A program made the translations under genes and the position numbers. From the NCBI GenBank assembly GCA_963796965.1, contig CAWCNS010000006.1, forward strand, positions 192,001-256,000: a stretch of 64,000 bases of DNA, given 5' to 3'. Numbering within the stretch: the stretch's first letter is position 1; every line of letters begins with the position of its first letter. Below are positions 11,995 through 21,990 of this stretch, in pieces. This stretch comes from Calditrichia bacterium (GTDB lineage: Bacteria > Calditrichota > Calditrichia > JAJRVZ01). Below the pieces are notes generated by a model that had not been told where the DNA came from, did no database searches, and saw only the letters and a list, made by a program, of their open reading frames with translations.

Positions 11995-12408
11995 ATGAGA
12001 GGATCCGAAATAAATACGAGCATTTCTTCAATTTTAAAAAGATATCAAAATATTGCCATAGTAGGATTATCCGCATCACCAATGAGGCCAAGTTTTGGTG
12101 TAGCAAACTACTTAATCAACGCCGGCTATAATATTTTTCCCGTTAATCCCAAATATGATGTAATCTTAAATCAGAAATGCTATCCTTCTTTGGATTCTAT
12201 TCAACAACCGATTGAGATTGTTGATATCTTTCGTAAACCTGAGCATATATTATCTGTGGTCCAGGAGTCAATCCGCAATAAAGGAAAAGTAATATGGATG
12301 CAATCGGGAATTATAAATATGGAGGCCGCTGAACTTGCACTAAAATCGGGATTAGAAGTAGTGATGGATCGGTGTATGAAAATTGAACATATGATTAATC
12401 AAGGATGA
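11995..12408 (+). CDS. CoA-binding protein (YccU-like)
   Basis: IAIVGLS...RPS, PVNP, VDIFR, WMQSGI, VVMDRCMKIEH. Confidence 0.9.
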   Translation: MRGSEINTSISSILKRYQNIAIVGLSASPMRPSFGVANYLINAGYNIFPVNPKYDVILNQKCYPSLDSIQQPIEIVDIFRKPEHILSVVQESIRNKGKVIWMQSGIINMEAAELALKSGLEVVMDRCMKIEHMINQG

Positions 12409-12437
12409 TAGAAATTGATTATTGTTGGATTTAATTT

Positions 12438-13274
12438 CTATTTCTTTAAGGGTGTATGAAAAGCCACCGCAATTTCCCCACCATCAAGGTTGATAATATT
12501 TCCAGTATTCCAGATTTCGTCCGATGTTGCCTGACTTAAAATATATTTGGCAATATCGCTCGGCTGGGTCAGTCTTTTAAAGGGAATTTGGCTGAGAGCC
12601 AGGTCAATCATGGTTTCATGCCCTGGAATTTTCCGAAGGGCTGGGGTAAAGGTTACACCGGCTCGAAGCGCGTTTGCGGTCATCCCATAGGGTGCCAACT
12701 CTAAGGCTAACTGTCTGATGTGCGATTCTAATGCCGCCTTTGCCGCCGAAACTGCACCATAAAAGGGAGTCACACGGGAAGACCCGGAACTGGTCATAGC
12801 ATATATTTTGGATCCTTGACTAAACAAATCTGCTAATAAGAGGTCTCTTGTCCAGTAAACGAGACTGTGAGCCATAACATTTAATGTCATATCCATTTGT
12901 TTTGAGGACAGCCTTTCTTTGGGGTCGTTGTGTATATAAGGAGCTAATGAACCAAAAGCCAGGGAATGAAGAAAAATCTTTATTTTACCATTTATGCCTT
13001 TAATCTTAAAATGATCTGTGATCCGTTGAAGAACCTGTTCCCTGTTTTTATCTGAAGCCGCGTTTACATTAAAGAACAAGGCTTCCACTCCATGATCCAT
13101 AATCTGACGTTTAATTTGTTCCACTTTAGTTAAGCCTGCTCCTCGATCCATATGGACCCCGACGATATTAAATCCCGCACCAGCTAATTCCAGAGCAACC
13201 GCTTCACCGAAACCACTTGAAGCACCTAGTATCAAAGCATAATCTTTATTTGAATCTGGCTTTTTATAACCCAC
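12438..13274 (-). CDS. SDR oxidoreductase, FabL-like enoyl-ACP reductase
   Basis: LILGASSGFG Rossmann motif, YGAVSAAK (Yx6K), NALRAGVTFTPAL, NLDGG. Confidence 0.8.
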   Translation of the reverse strand: MGYKKPDSNKDYALILGASSGFGEAVALELAGAGFNIVGVHMDRGAGLTKVEQIKRQIMDHGVEALFFNVNAASDKNREQVLQRITDHFKIKGINGKIKIFLHSLAFGSLAPYIHNDPKERLSSKQMDMTLNVMAHSLVYWTRDLLLADLFSQGSKIYAMTSSGSSRVTPFYGAVSAAKAALESHIRQLALELAPYGMTANALRAGVTFTPALRKIPGHETMIDLALSQIPFKRLTQPSDIAKYILSQATSDEIWNTGNIINLDGGEIAVAFHTPLKK

Positions 13275-13623
13275 CGATTTTCTCCTTATATATTTCCAGT
13301 TGTTGCATCACCCGGAGATTCTAAATTTAGAAAAACTACCCATTCGGGCTTTATAAATTAGGCCTTTACCCTTTTTTTAAAAAAAACCGGCATTAAACTT
13401 GTATGACCTAAATAGAATATAAACTTATGATAGAACTGTTTCGTATAAGAAATTATTTCTCGTATTGAAGATTTAGCAACAACATGAAAGGAGTGATTAG
13501 TAACCTATATTAAGAATTAGCACCGGTTTTCTAACAAGACATTATTAGAGATAAAAATATTAAAATTTGAAATCTATATTAGACTTTTCGATTTTGATTA
13601 TCACCGGAAAATTAAATGTGGAA

Positions 13624-15345
13624 TTATTGTAAAATCTCATCTGCATGTAATAAATCAGAAAACTGATCGTTTTTTATCGACTCCGAATTTTTTCGGGCGT
13701 TTGCTAAGGCAGTGGTTATATAACGATTTGCAATAAAAATCTTTCGACGGTTTATCTCCGCTTCATCCAAAACCAGATAGCCAACAAACAAATACGAATA
13801 CAAATCAACTAATTCTTTTGCAGCTACATCCTGGAAACGGGGATCATTTTTATCAACAACATATTTACGGCAATCCAGAAAAATTTCTCTAATTTCTTTA
13901 AGGTGGTCGGCTAATTTTGTCATTGCCCCCTTATAAGATTTTTTCATTTTTTTATCAAAGTGTTCTTCTAAAATATCATTGATAACACCGCCAACAGCAG
14001 CCACTATCTGTAATTGAGAAGTTCCTTCATAAATATTTGTGATTCGGGCATCCCTGACTAATCTTTCAATCGAGAAATCTTTCATATAGCCCGCTCCGCC
14101 ATGAATCTGAAGTGAGTCATAGGTGATTTTATTTGATCCCTCAGTTAAAATATACTTTGTGATCGGGGTAAGCAAATTGCATACTTTGATTGCTTCCTTC
14201 ATCCGATCGGATTCTTCCTGAAAATTTTTACCCTCCGCCTTTAGCAGCTCTATATGCTCTTCAAGTTTATTTCTCGTATCTACCCATTTACAAGTAGCGT
14301 AAAAAAGTGAGCGGTTTGTTTCCAGCGCAACACGCATATCAATCAACATATTTGTTACGGGAGGAATATTGTAAATTGGTTGTCCAAACTGTTCTCTTGC
14401 CTTTGCATAGGATAACGCCTCTTCATAACCAGCCTGAGAAATACCAAGCGCTTGTGCTGATACACCCAGTCTGGCACTGTACATTAAATCTATAACATAT
14501 TTAATCAATCCAAATTTACGCTTACCAATCAGGACAGCAGGTGTATCGTTAAATTGTAGTTCTGCTGTCGGAGAGCCGTGAATTCCCAATTTATTTTCAA
14601 TACGACGAACCACAACCGTATCATCCCCATAGCAGGCAAACATAGACAGACCTCTTCCGTCTTTGGTTCCAGCTTCTGATCGTGCCAACACCAGTAATAC
14701 TTCACCGCCACCATTTGTGATAAATCGTTTAACACCACGCAGGAACCACTGTCCATCCTCATTCTGATAAGCTTGTAATTTTACTGCCTGGAGATCAGAT
14801 CCTGCATCAGGTTCGGTCAGGGCCATGGCTCCTGTATACTCGCCAGTAGAAAAAGGAGGCAAGTATTCTCTTTTTTGTTCTTCATCCCCAAATTTGGAAA
14901 TGGTCATGGCGATGTCCTGCAGACCAAATATATTCATCAGCGAGGCATCTGCACGTGATACCGTTTCAACCATCATCATGTAAATTGTTTTGGGAAAATT
15001 CAGGCCCTCATATTTACGTGGAAACTCTACAGCCATTAAATCTGCTGCTGCTAATTGTTTAAGGTTTTCCTGTGTTCCTTTTGCATAGACAACTTTACCA
15101 TTTTCTATAGTGTTTCCCTGCTCGTCAACCTCCCCGGCACGAGGGGCTACAAAATTGCCAGCAATATCGCCAACAATTTCCATAATTTTACGATAATTTT
15201 CTATGGCATCTGCGTAGTTCGTTGGGGCATAATTATATTCTTTTGCTTCTTCGTAGAAGTTTTCGGTCAGCTCTACAATTTCTTCTATATCAAGATTTTC
15301 AAATTGAAAAAGTATATCTGAGTTTTCAGTGAAAAAATTTGGCAT
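13624..15345 (-). CDS. Acyl-CoA dehydrogenase, long 573 aa type
   Basis: AMALTEPDAGSDL, GVKRFITNG, KLGIHGSPT, REQFG, QIHGGAGY, ITNIYEGTSQLQ. Confidence 0.95.
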   Translation of the reverse strand: MPNFFTENSDILFQFENLDIEEIVELTENFYEEAKEYNYAPTNYADAIENYRKIMEIVGDIAGNFVAPRAGEVDEQGNTIENGKVVYAKGTQENLKQLAAADLMAVEFPRKYEGLNFPKTIYMMMVETVSRADASLMNIFGLQDIAMTISKFGDEEQKREYLPPFSTGEYTGAMALTEPDAGSDLQAVKLQAYQNEDGQWFLRGVKRFITNGGGEVLLVLARSEAGTKDGRGLSMFACYGDDTVVVRRIENKLGIHGSPTAELQFNDTPAVLIGKRKFGLIKYVIDLMYSARLGVSAQALGISQAGYEEALSYAKAREQFGQPIYNIPPVTNMLIDMRVALETNRSLFYATCKWVDTRNKLEEHIELLKAEGKNFQEESDRMKEAIKVCNLLTPITKYILTEGSNKITYDSLQIHGGAGYMKDFSIERLVRDARITNIYEGTSQLQIVAAVGGVINDILEEHFDKKMKKSYKGAMTKLADHLKEIREIFLDCRKYVVDKNDPRFQDVAAKELVDLYSYLFVGYLVLDEAEINRRKIFIANRYITTALANARKNSESIKNDQFSDLLHADEILQ

Positions 15346-15354
15346 CGAAATCCT

Positions 15355-16375
15355 CTATTTTAGTTTATGTTTATATACATCAATCAAATTTGGTATAACA
15401 TCCGCAGCATCACCAACTATCCCGTAATGACAGACATCAAAGATCGGTGCTTCCGGATCTGTATTGATCGCAATAATTTTATTTGAATCTTCCATACCAG
15501 CGCGATGCTGAATTGCACCCGAGATACCACAGGCAATATATAATTTTGGTCTTACCGTAACCCCTGTCTGACCAACCTGACGTTCATGGGGAATAAATCC
15601 CGCATCCACGGCTGCCCTGCTCCCGGCCACTTCTCCACCAAGAACATGGGCCAAATCATGTAATAGTTGAAAATTCTTTTTAGAGCCCATCCCATAACCA
15701 CCCGCTATAATGATGGGTGCTCCCTTAAGATTGATTGTACTTTCTTCGTGATGTCGGTCAATAATCTTGATTAATTTATCAATCTTATCCGGTGTATATG
15801 GAACCTCAACAATCTTACCAGCAACCGCTTTATCCAGGGGCAGATTCTCCATTACCCCTTCCCTGACAGTCGCCATCTGTATAGGAACATTCGGTGTTAT
15901 GATCGTCGCGATAATATTTCCACCAAACGCCGGTCGTATTTGCAAAAGAAGATCTTTATACTCTTGACGCAGGTATTTTACATCTGAAATCTGGAGATCA
16001 GTACAATCTGCGGTTAATCCACTTCGGGTGTAAGATGCTACCCTTGGTGCAAGATCCCGGCCAATAAAACTAGCACCGTATAATACAACCCGTGGCTTTT
16101 TTGTAGAGACCAGCTCATTCATGATTCGACTATAGGGAACTGTTTTATAGTCCTTCAGTTCTGGATGATCTACCAAGAGACATTCTTTTGCGCCATATCG
16201 AAAGGTTTGTTCGGCCACCTCTCTCATTTCATGACCTATCACTATGGATTTAAGCGTTCCCTCAAGCACTTCGGCTAATTTTCGCCCCTTCGAAAGAAGT
16301 CTCAAAACTTACATCAGCTGGTTTGCCGGATCGCTGTTCTATAAATACCCATACCTCGTTTGCAAATTTTTCCAT
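15355..16375 (-). CDS. etfA: Electron transfer flavoprotein alpha subunit; true start 16375, frameshift near 16308
   Basis: MEKFANEVWVFIEQ read manually; GLTADCT, RPAFGGN, QVGQTG, GISGAIQH, INTDPEAPIF. Confidence 0.93.
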
Positions 16376-16384
16376 AAAAAACCT

Positions 16385-17275
16385 TTACCCCAATATATGA
16401 TCGTCCATCAGTTTATCAACCAGAAGCCCTAAACCTTCTTTGTTGGGTTCAATTTTAACATGTTCACCACCACCGAGAACAACCGAATCAATTTTAAATA
16501 CTTTAGTAGGTGATCCGTGTAAGCCACAGCGATCTGCATCCAATTTGAGCTCGTCCATAGTTAATGTTTCAATAAACAAGGACTTTGAAATATACTCATC
16601 TTTCAAATCATCAATATATAGGAGAGAATTACCCTCAACCATTTTTTCAAGTTCAACTAAAGACCTGGCATTTTTATAGCCCATTACACGTCTGGCTTTA
16701 AACGGTCTGGGAATTGCCGCGTCTTTAATAACCGTAATCAAGATAGGAAGAGGACTTTCAAGGATCTCATGACCACCGTCAATTTTGCGCCGGATCGTAA
16801 TTTTATTTTTCTCCAAATTCTCGATTTTTTCTGTATAGGTAACTTGAGGCAATTCAAGTTTCTCAGCCGTTTGTGGACCAACCTGGGCAGTATCACCGTC
16901 GATAGCTTGTCGACCAGCAAAAATCATATCGAAATTTCCTAATTTTTTGATTGCTTCAGAAAGCACATAGGAAGTGGCTAATGTATCAGCACCGGCAAAC
17001 TTTCTGTCGCTGATCAGTACAGCATGATCAGCACCCATGTAAAGACATTCCCGTAACAATTCAGATGCCTTTGGCGGACCCATTGTTAGTACCGTAACCT
17101 CACCGCCATATTTATCACGGGTTTGAAGCGCTAATTCCAAAGCAACCTTATCTTCAGGATTAAATACTGCTGGCAGCATTGCCCGGTTTACTGTGCCATC
17201 GGGTTTCATTACCTGGCCCGATATATTGGCTGTATCAGGTACCTGTTTCACCAATACTATTGATTGATAGCTCAT
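16385..17275 (-). CDS. etfB: Electron transfer flavoprotein beta subunit
   Basis: VLVKQVPDT, NPEDKVALE, DRKFAGADTLATS, GRQAIDGDTAQVGP; likely start MSYQ after an AAGGA RBS. Confidence 0.94.
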   Translation of the reverse strand: MSYQSIVLVKQVPDTANISGQVMKPDGTVNRAMLPAVFNPEDKVALELALQTRDKYGGEVTVLTMGPPKASELLRECLYMGADHAVLISDRKFAGADTLATSYVLSEAIKKLGNFDMIFAGRQAIDGDTAQVGPQTAEKLELPQVTYTEKIENLEKNKITIRRKIDGGHEILESPLPILITVIKDAAIPRPFKARRVMGYKNARSLVELEKMVEGNSLLYIDDLKDEYISKSLFIETLTMDELKLDADRCGLHGSPTKVFKIDSVVLGGGEHVKIEPNKEGLGLLVDKLMDDHILG

Positions 17276-17555
17276 AATTTCCTTTAAACTTATATTCCTA
17301 TTTTTTAGATACTCGATAGAGAAATAATCTGATACCCCCATAAACTTGGATCATTTTATAAACCTGATCGATTGACGAGAGCGGTAATTTTATCAATGAT
17401 GGACTGTCCTGACAGGATATCCGAATCATCAATTTTTATGAGGTTTATACAAATAAAGTTGATAAATCTACTCAAAAGGAGAGAAGAAAACAAGGTATAA
17501 TCAGTTTTTAGTCGGTATGAATCACAGCAAACAAATGTTAGTTTAATATTGAGAT

Positions 17556-18416
17556 CTAGTGATCAATAAACTGCTTGAGATGCATGCTTCGAGATTTATG
17601 TCTTAACCGGATTATTGCCCGCTCTTTGATTTGGCGGACCCTTTCTCTTGTAAGAAGGAATTTTTCCCCTATTTCCTCTAACGTTGCCGGGCGCTCTCTG
17701 TCAAATCCAAAATACATACGAAGAATATCAGCTTCTTTTTTTGAAAGTGACTCAAATGCTTTTTCCACTTCCTCTTTTAATGATTCATCTGTGATCTGTT
17801 GATCAGGTAATAAGAGATTATCATCACCCGTGACCTCAAGCAAGGTCGTTTTCTCGTCAGAAGAGATTGTAGATTCAAGAGAAAGTTGTTTCCCTGATAA
17901 TTGAGAAATAAAATTCACCTCACCCGATGTCATTTCAAGGCATTCTGCGATTTCATCTTGTGTCGGTTCTCGTTCAAAAACTTGTTCCAAAGAATCATGG
18001 GTTTTGCCAATTCGATTGATTGATGTAATTCTATTTAGGGGCAGGCGTACAGTACGGGTTTGTTCAGCCAATGACTGTAGTATACTCTGCCTTATCCACC
18101 AAACAGCATAAGAAATAAATTTAAAACCCTTTGTCTCATCAAATCGTTTGGCCGCTTTTATTAAACCCAGATTACCCTCATTAATAAGATCCTCTAATGG
18201 GAGACCTTGATTTTTGTATTCCAATGCTACGCGCACAACAAATCTCAAGTTTGCTTGAATAAGTTGAGTCAAAGCTCTTCTATCTCCCTCACGTATTTGG
18301 GATGCTAAGAGAACCTCTTCCTCTGCGGTTAGGAGGGGAATATTACTTATCTCCCCAAAATACTTTGCCAAAGACTCATTGCTCTCAAAATTACTTCTTG
18401 TATTTGATTTGTTCAT
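17556..18416 (-). CDS. RNA polymerase sigma-70 factor, short RpoD/SigA type without region 1.1
   Basis: ANLRFVV, DLINEGNLGLIKAAKRFDETKGFKFISYAVWWIRQSI, TLEEIG..LTRERVRQIKE; GGAGG RBS before ATG 18416. Confidence 0.93.
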   Translation of the reverse strand: MNKSNTRSNFESNESLAKYFGEISNIPLLTAEEEVLLASQIREGDRRALTQLIQANLRFVVRVALEYKNQGLPLEDLINEGNLGLIKAAKRFDETKGFKFISYAVWWIRQSILQSLAEQTRTVRLPLNRITSINRIGKTHDSLEQVFEREPTQDEIAECLEMTSGEVNFISQLSGKQLSLESTISSDEKTTLLEVTGDDNLLLPDQQITDESLKEEVEKAFESLSKKEADILRMYFGFDRERPATLEEIGEKFLLTRERVRQIKERAIIRLRHKSRSMHLKQFIDH

Positions 18417-18717
18417 TATTCCTCCCATTTCGGGTCTTTATTACCCTGCAGTGGATAATGAAATAGATTTTAGTGCGATCTAAATCATACATCCTATCCT
18501 ATACTCTATCATCGCTCTGTTTACTAGAATTCTTTAAGAGAAATTTTAATTTTTAATGTTTTCACTTAACTTATTTTTAAGAAGATCTCATCCCCAATGT
18601 CTATAAGAAATCGGACTAAACCCATCAACCTTATCTGTGTTTTCCTAGCAATTTGTATTGATAAAAATATACTTATTTACTATTTTGCCTCGAACCCTAA
18701 TAATCATAAAGAGATAC

Positions 18718-19980
18718 ATGAAAATTTTATATCACAACAACGATGGCCATCTCTGCTTTGAAAAGATTAATCTCAGCAGCTTCGTCGCCAATGTACCTAC
18801 TCCTTTTTATATTTACAGTCATAACGAGGTTGAAAAGAATTGTCGTGATATCTTGTCTCATGCCGGGTCTTTAAATTTTTTACCTTGTTATGCCCTTAAA
18901 GCAAATTACAATCCAACGCTTTTAAATATTATTAAAAAGATGGGATTTGGGGCTGATGTGGTTTCAGGAGGTGAATTATTTTTTGCAAAAAAGATCGGCA
19001 TTCCTGCCCAAAAAATAGTTTTCGCGGGTGTGGGAAAGTCAGAACAAGAGATTGAAGCATCAATTAATAATGAAATTCATTCTCTAAATGTCGAATCTGA
19101 ATCTGAATTAAAAACGGTTGCTAAAGTTGCCGAAAATTTGCAGAAAAAGATCGTCATATCAATACGTGTAAATCCAGATATCGATGCTGGTACCCATCCT
19201 TACATATCTACGGGCTTAGTATCGAGCAAATTTGGCGTTGATCGGGAGACGGCATTATCGCTATATAAACAAGCTGTTAAATACCCTTTTATCAAACCGT
19301 CAGGCATTCATGTCCATATTGGCTCTCAAATTTCCACGGCGGAACCTTATTTGGAAACAATTCTTTTTCTCAATCATCTTATCGAGGATCTGGCTAATTT
19401 AGATATCCATATTCAATATCTTGATCTTGGTGGAGGAATCGGAATTGATTACAAAAACCAACTAAATCCGGAGGGTATCCCCAGAACCTATATTAATGAA
19501 ATTTTACCTAAACTTTTAGCACCACTTCGAAATCGCAATTTAAAAGTTCTTATTGAACTGGGTAGATCAGTTATAGGAACCGCCGGATTACTTATTTCTA
19601 AAATTCTCTATGTTAAGAGGACTCCACAAAAAAAGTTTTATATCATTGATGCTGCCATGAATAATCTGATTCGACCAAGTCTTTACAATGCCCACCACCA
19701 GATAATTCCTTTAAAACATATTGAAGGTGATTTAGAACCGGTGGATATTGTCGGTCCCGTCTGTGAGTCAACTGATTTTCTTGCAAAGGACAGACCTCTT
19801 CCTGATTTGAAGGAAGGAGATTATCTTGCCATATCAGGTGTTGGTGCCTACGGACAAGCTCTTGCTTCAAATTATAATCTACGCGTTCGAATTGCAGAAT
19901 ATCTGGTCAATGGAGGCTCTGTAGAATCTATTTTCAAGGCAGAAACACTTGACGAAATAGCAAATAGGTTTAACTTTTAG
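18718..19980 (+). CDS. lysA: Diaminopimelate decarboxylase
   Basis: YALKAN, DVVSGGEL, THPYISTG..SKFG, HIGSQ, GPVCESTD, GAYG. Confidence 0.94.
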   Translation: MKILYHNNDGHLCFEKINLSSFVANVPTPFYIYSHNEVEKNCRDILSHAGSLNFLPCYALKANYNPTLLNIIKKMGFGADVVSGGELFFAKKIGIPAQKIVFAGVGKSEQEIEASINNEIHSLNVESESELKTVAKVAENLQKKIVISIRVNPDIDAGTHPYISTGLVSSKFGVDRETALSLYKQAVKYPFIKPSGIHVHIGSQISTAEPYLETILFLNHLIEDLANLDIHIQYLDLGGGIGIDYKNQLNPEGIPRTYINEILPKLLAPLRNRNLKVLIELGRSVIGTAGLLISKILYVKRTPQKKFYIIDAAMNNLIRPSLYNAHHQIIPLKHIEGDLEPVDIVGPVCESTDFLAKDRPLPDLKEGDYLAISGVGAYGQALASNYNLRVRIAEYLVNGGSVESIFKAETLDEIANRFNF

Positions 19981-19987
19981 CAGACTT

Positions 19988-21100
19988 ATGGGCCCTACAA
20001 TCGCATATATTTCACACAAAAATTTACTGTATAATATTGATCTTATCCGTAGAGCAATAGGATCACGCAAAATAATGGCCGTTGTGAAAGCATTTGCTTA
20101 TGGCCATGGAGATATAGAGGTTGCCACAACTGCATTAAAGGCCGGCTGCGAATATCTTGGTGTTGCCTTCGTTGAAGAGGGTATTCGCCTTCGTAAAGCA
20201 GGTATTACAGCGCCTGTCTTGGTTTTTGGCGCACAATTACCAGACTATCTTCAATCTGCAATAGAATACAATCTAGATCTAACCATAACCTCACGAAATC
20301 AATTATTATTTTTAGAAACTATCACAAAAGAAAAATCATTAAATGTTCCAATACATCTTAAGTTTGATACGGGAATGAACCGTGTAGGATTTCCCATTAA
20401 TGAGTTGGAAGATGTCATTAAAAATGTTAAAAATAATAAGCGGTTGGATATCAAAGGGATCTACTCACATTTGTCTACCTCCGATGAGAATGATAAGAGT
20501 TATACCAATCTACAAATTCAGCGCTTCGATGAAATTCAGAAATACGTAAATAATGTAATGCCTGAAGATATAATTTTTCATCTGGCAAATTCCGCTGCTA
20601 TTATGAGATTTTCAGACTCATATTTTGATTTGGTCCGTCCCGGTATTATGTTATATGGTCAATCACCGTCTCCGGATTTTACTTTGAACTGGGATTTAAA
20701 AGAAGTACTTTCTCTACGCTCCAGGATTGGATTGATAAAACGTATAAAAAAAAATGAACCTGTAAGCTATGGTCGGCGTTTTTATACTAAAGAGACTACA
20801 CATATTGGTGTAATTCCCGCAGGATACGCTGATGGTATAAATCGCGGGTTAACTAACAATGCCCATGTCATTATAAGGGATATCATTTATCCCATTATTG
20901 GAACCGTATGTATGGATATGGTAATGGTCGATTTAGGTGCTGATCTGAAATGTAATACAGGTGATGAAGTCATTTTTTATGGACAGGCAAATAGTAAAAG
21001 CATTTCCATAAATGAGATTGCCAAAAATTTAAAGACGATCGCATATGAGGTTACATGCAATGTTTCTGCACGTGTTCCGCGGAAACATTTATATTCCTAA
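19988..21100 (+). CDS. alr: Alanine racemase
   Basis: AVVKAFAYGHG, KFDTGMNRVG, HLANSAA, VRPGIMLYG, GYADG, VCMD. Confidence 0.95.
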   Translation: MGPTIAYISHKNLLYNIDLIRRAIGSRKIMAVVKAFAYGHGDIEVATTALKAGCEYLGVAFVEEGIRLRKAGITAPVLVFGAQLPDYLQSAIEYNLDLTITSRNQLLFLETITKEKSLNVPIHLKFDTGMNRVGFPINELEDVIKNVKNNKRLDIKGIYSHLSTSDENDKSYTNLQIQRFDEIQKYVNNVMPEDIIFHLANSAAIMRFSDSYFDLVRPGIMLYGQSPSPDFTLNWDLKEVLSLRSRIGLIKRIKKNEPVSYGRRFYTKETTHIGVIPAGYADGINRGLTNNAHVIIRDIIYPIIGTVCMDMVMVDLGADLKCNTGDEVIFYGQANSKSISINEIAKNLKTIAYEVTCNVSARVPRKHLYS

Positions 21101-21113
21101 ACAGGAGGGTTTC

Positions 21114-21947
21114 ATGAAAACTCTTATTAGTTTATTACTCTTTGTGCTTCTCGTAAATAGTTCAAGCGCTCAGGTATTAAAAGCAACTGTTACCGCTGAT
21201 TTTGGTTATCTACCATCTGAAGAGGTAAATAATCTGACAGAATTAACAAGCAATATAGAAGACTATATCAATAATTTTGCCTGGACAGATGATGAATATG
21301 AAACTGATATTGACGTAAGTATATTTATTATGGTCGAGACTGTTTTTAATAAGGGCCATGAAAAAATGTTTCGGGCCCAGTTCCAAATAAAAAGCGTTTC
21401 CGGAGAAAGCTTTTATGACAAAGAATGGGAATTTGCCTATCAACCCGGATATTTATTCGATCATGCTAAGGTCTCCTTTGACCCTCTTACACATTTTATC
21501 GATTATTATTGTTTCTTAGTACTTGGTGGCGAAATGGATGGCTATGATCAGAATTTGGGGTCGCCTTTTTACATCGAGGCTACTAATCTGGGAAATATTG
21601 GTTCGCGTTCCAAATATCCAAAAGGATGGTCTAAACGTGTATCCGAATTACAAAAAATAACAGATGTGCGGATCCGCCCATTACGCTATGCCAAGCCTGA
21701 TTTTTTTGAGGCAAAATATCTACTAGAAGAGGGTAATCTGGCCGAAGCAAAACTATATTGCAGCAAGGTGCTTGATGCGATTGGCCAGGTTGTTGAAGAT
21801 CAACCAAATAATAAATACCTCAAAAACTTTTTTGATGCGCACCATTTGGTTTTTGCCAAAATCTTTGAAGATGATCCCGAGAGTTTAAAACGATTAATTA
21901 ACTATGATAATTATCATCGGGAGATATATCGTGAAGCAATGCAATAG
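21114..21947 (+). CDS. Exported protein, DUF4835-like
   Basis: GGAGG RBS, signal peptide ending SSAQ, 'PLTHFIDYYCFLVLG..D.Y...G.PFY' pattern typical of FCB DUF4835/PorD-like proteins. Confidence 0.6.
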   Translation: MKTLISLLLFVLLVNSSSAQVLKATVTADFGYLPSEEVNNLTELTSNIEDYINNFAWTDDEYETDIDVSIFIMVETVFNKGHEKMFRAQFQIKSVSGESFYDKEWEFAYQPGYLFDHAKVSFDPLTHFIDYYCFLVLGGEMDGYDQNLGSPFYIEATNLGNIGSRSKYPKGWSKRVSELQKITDVRIRPLRYAKPDFFEAKYLLEEGNLAEAKLYCSKVLDAIGQVVEDQPNNKYLKNFFDAHHLVFAKIFEDDPESLKRLINYDNYHREIYREAMQ

Positions 21948-21990
21948 AGTGTCTTAATAATCTAATCACTAATACTTTGCCCAAAGCAAG

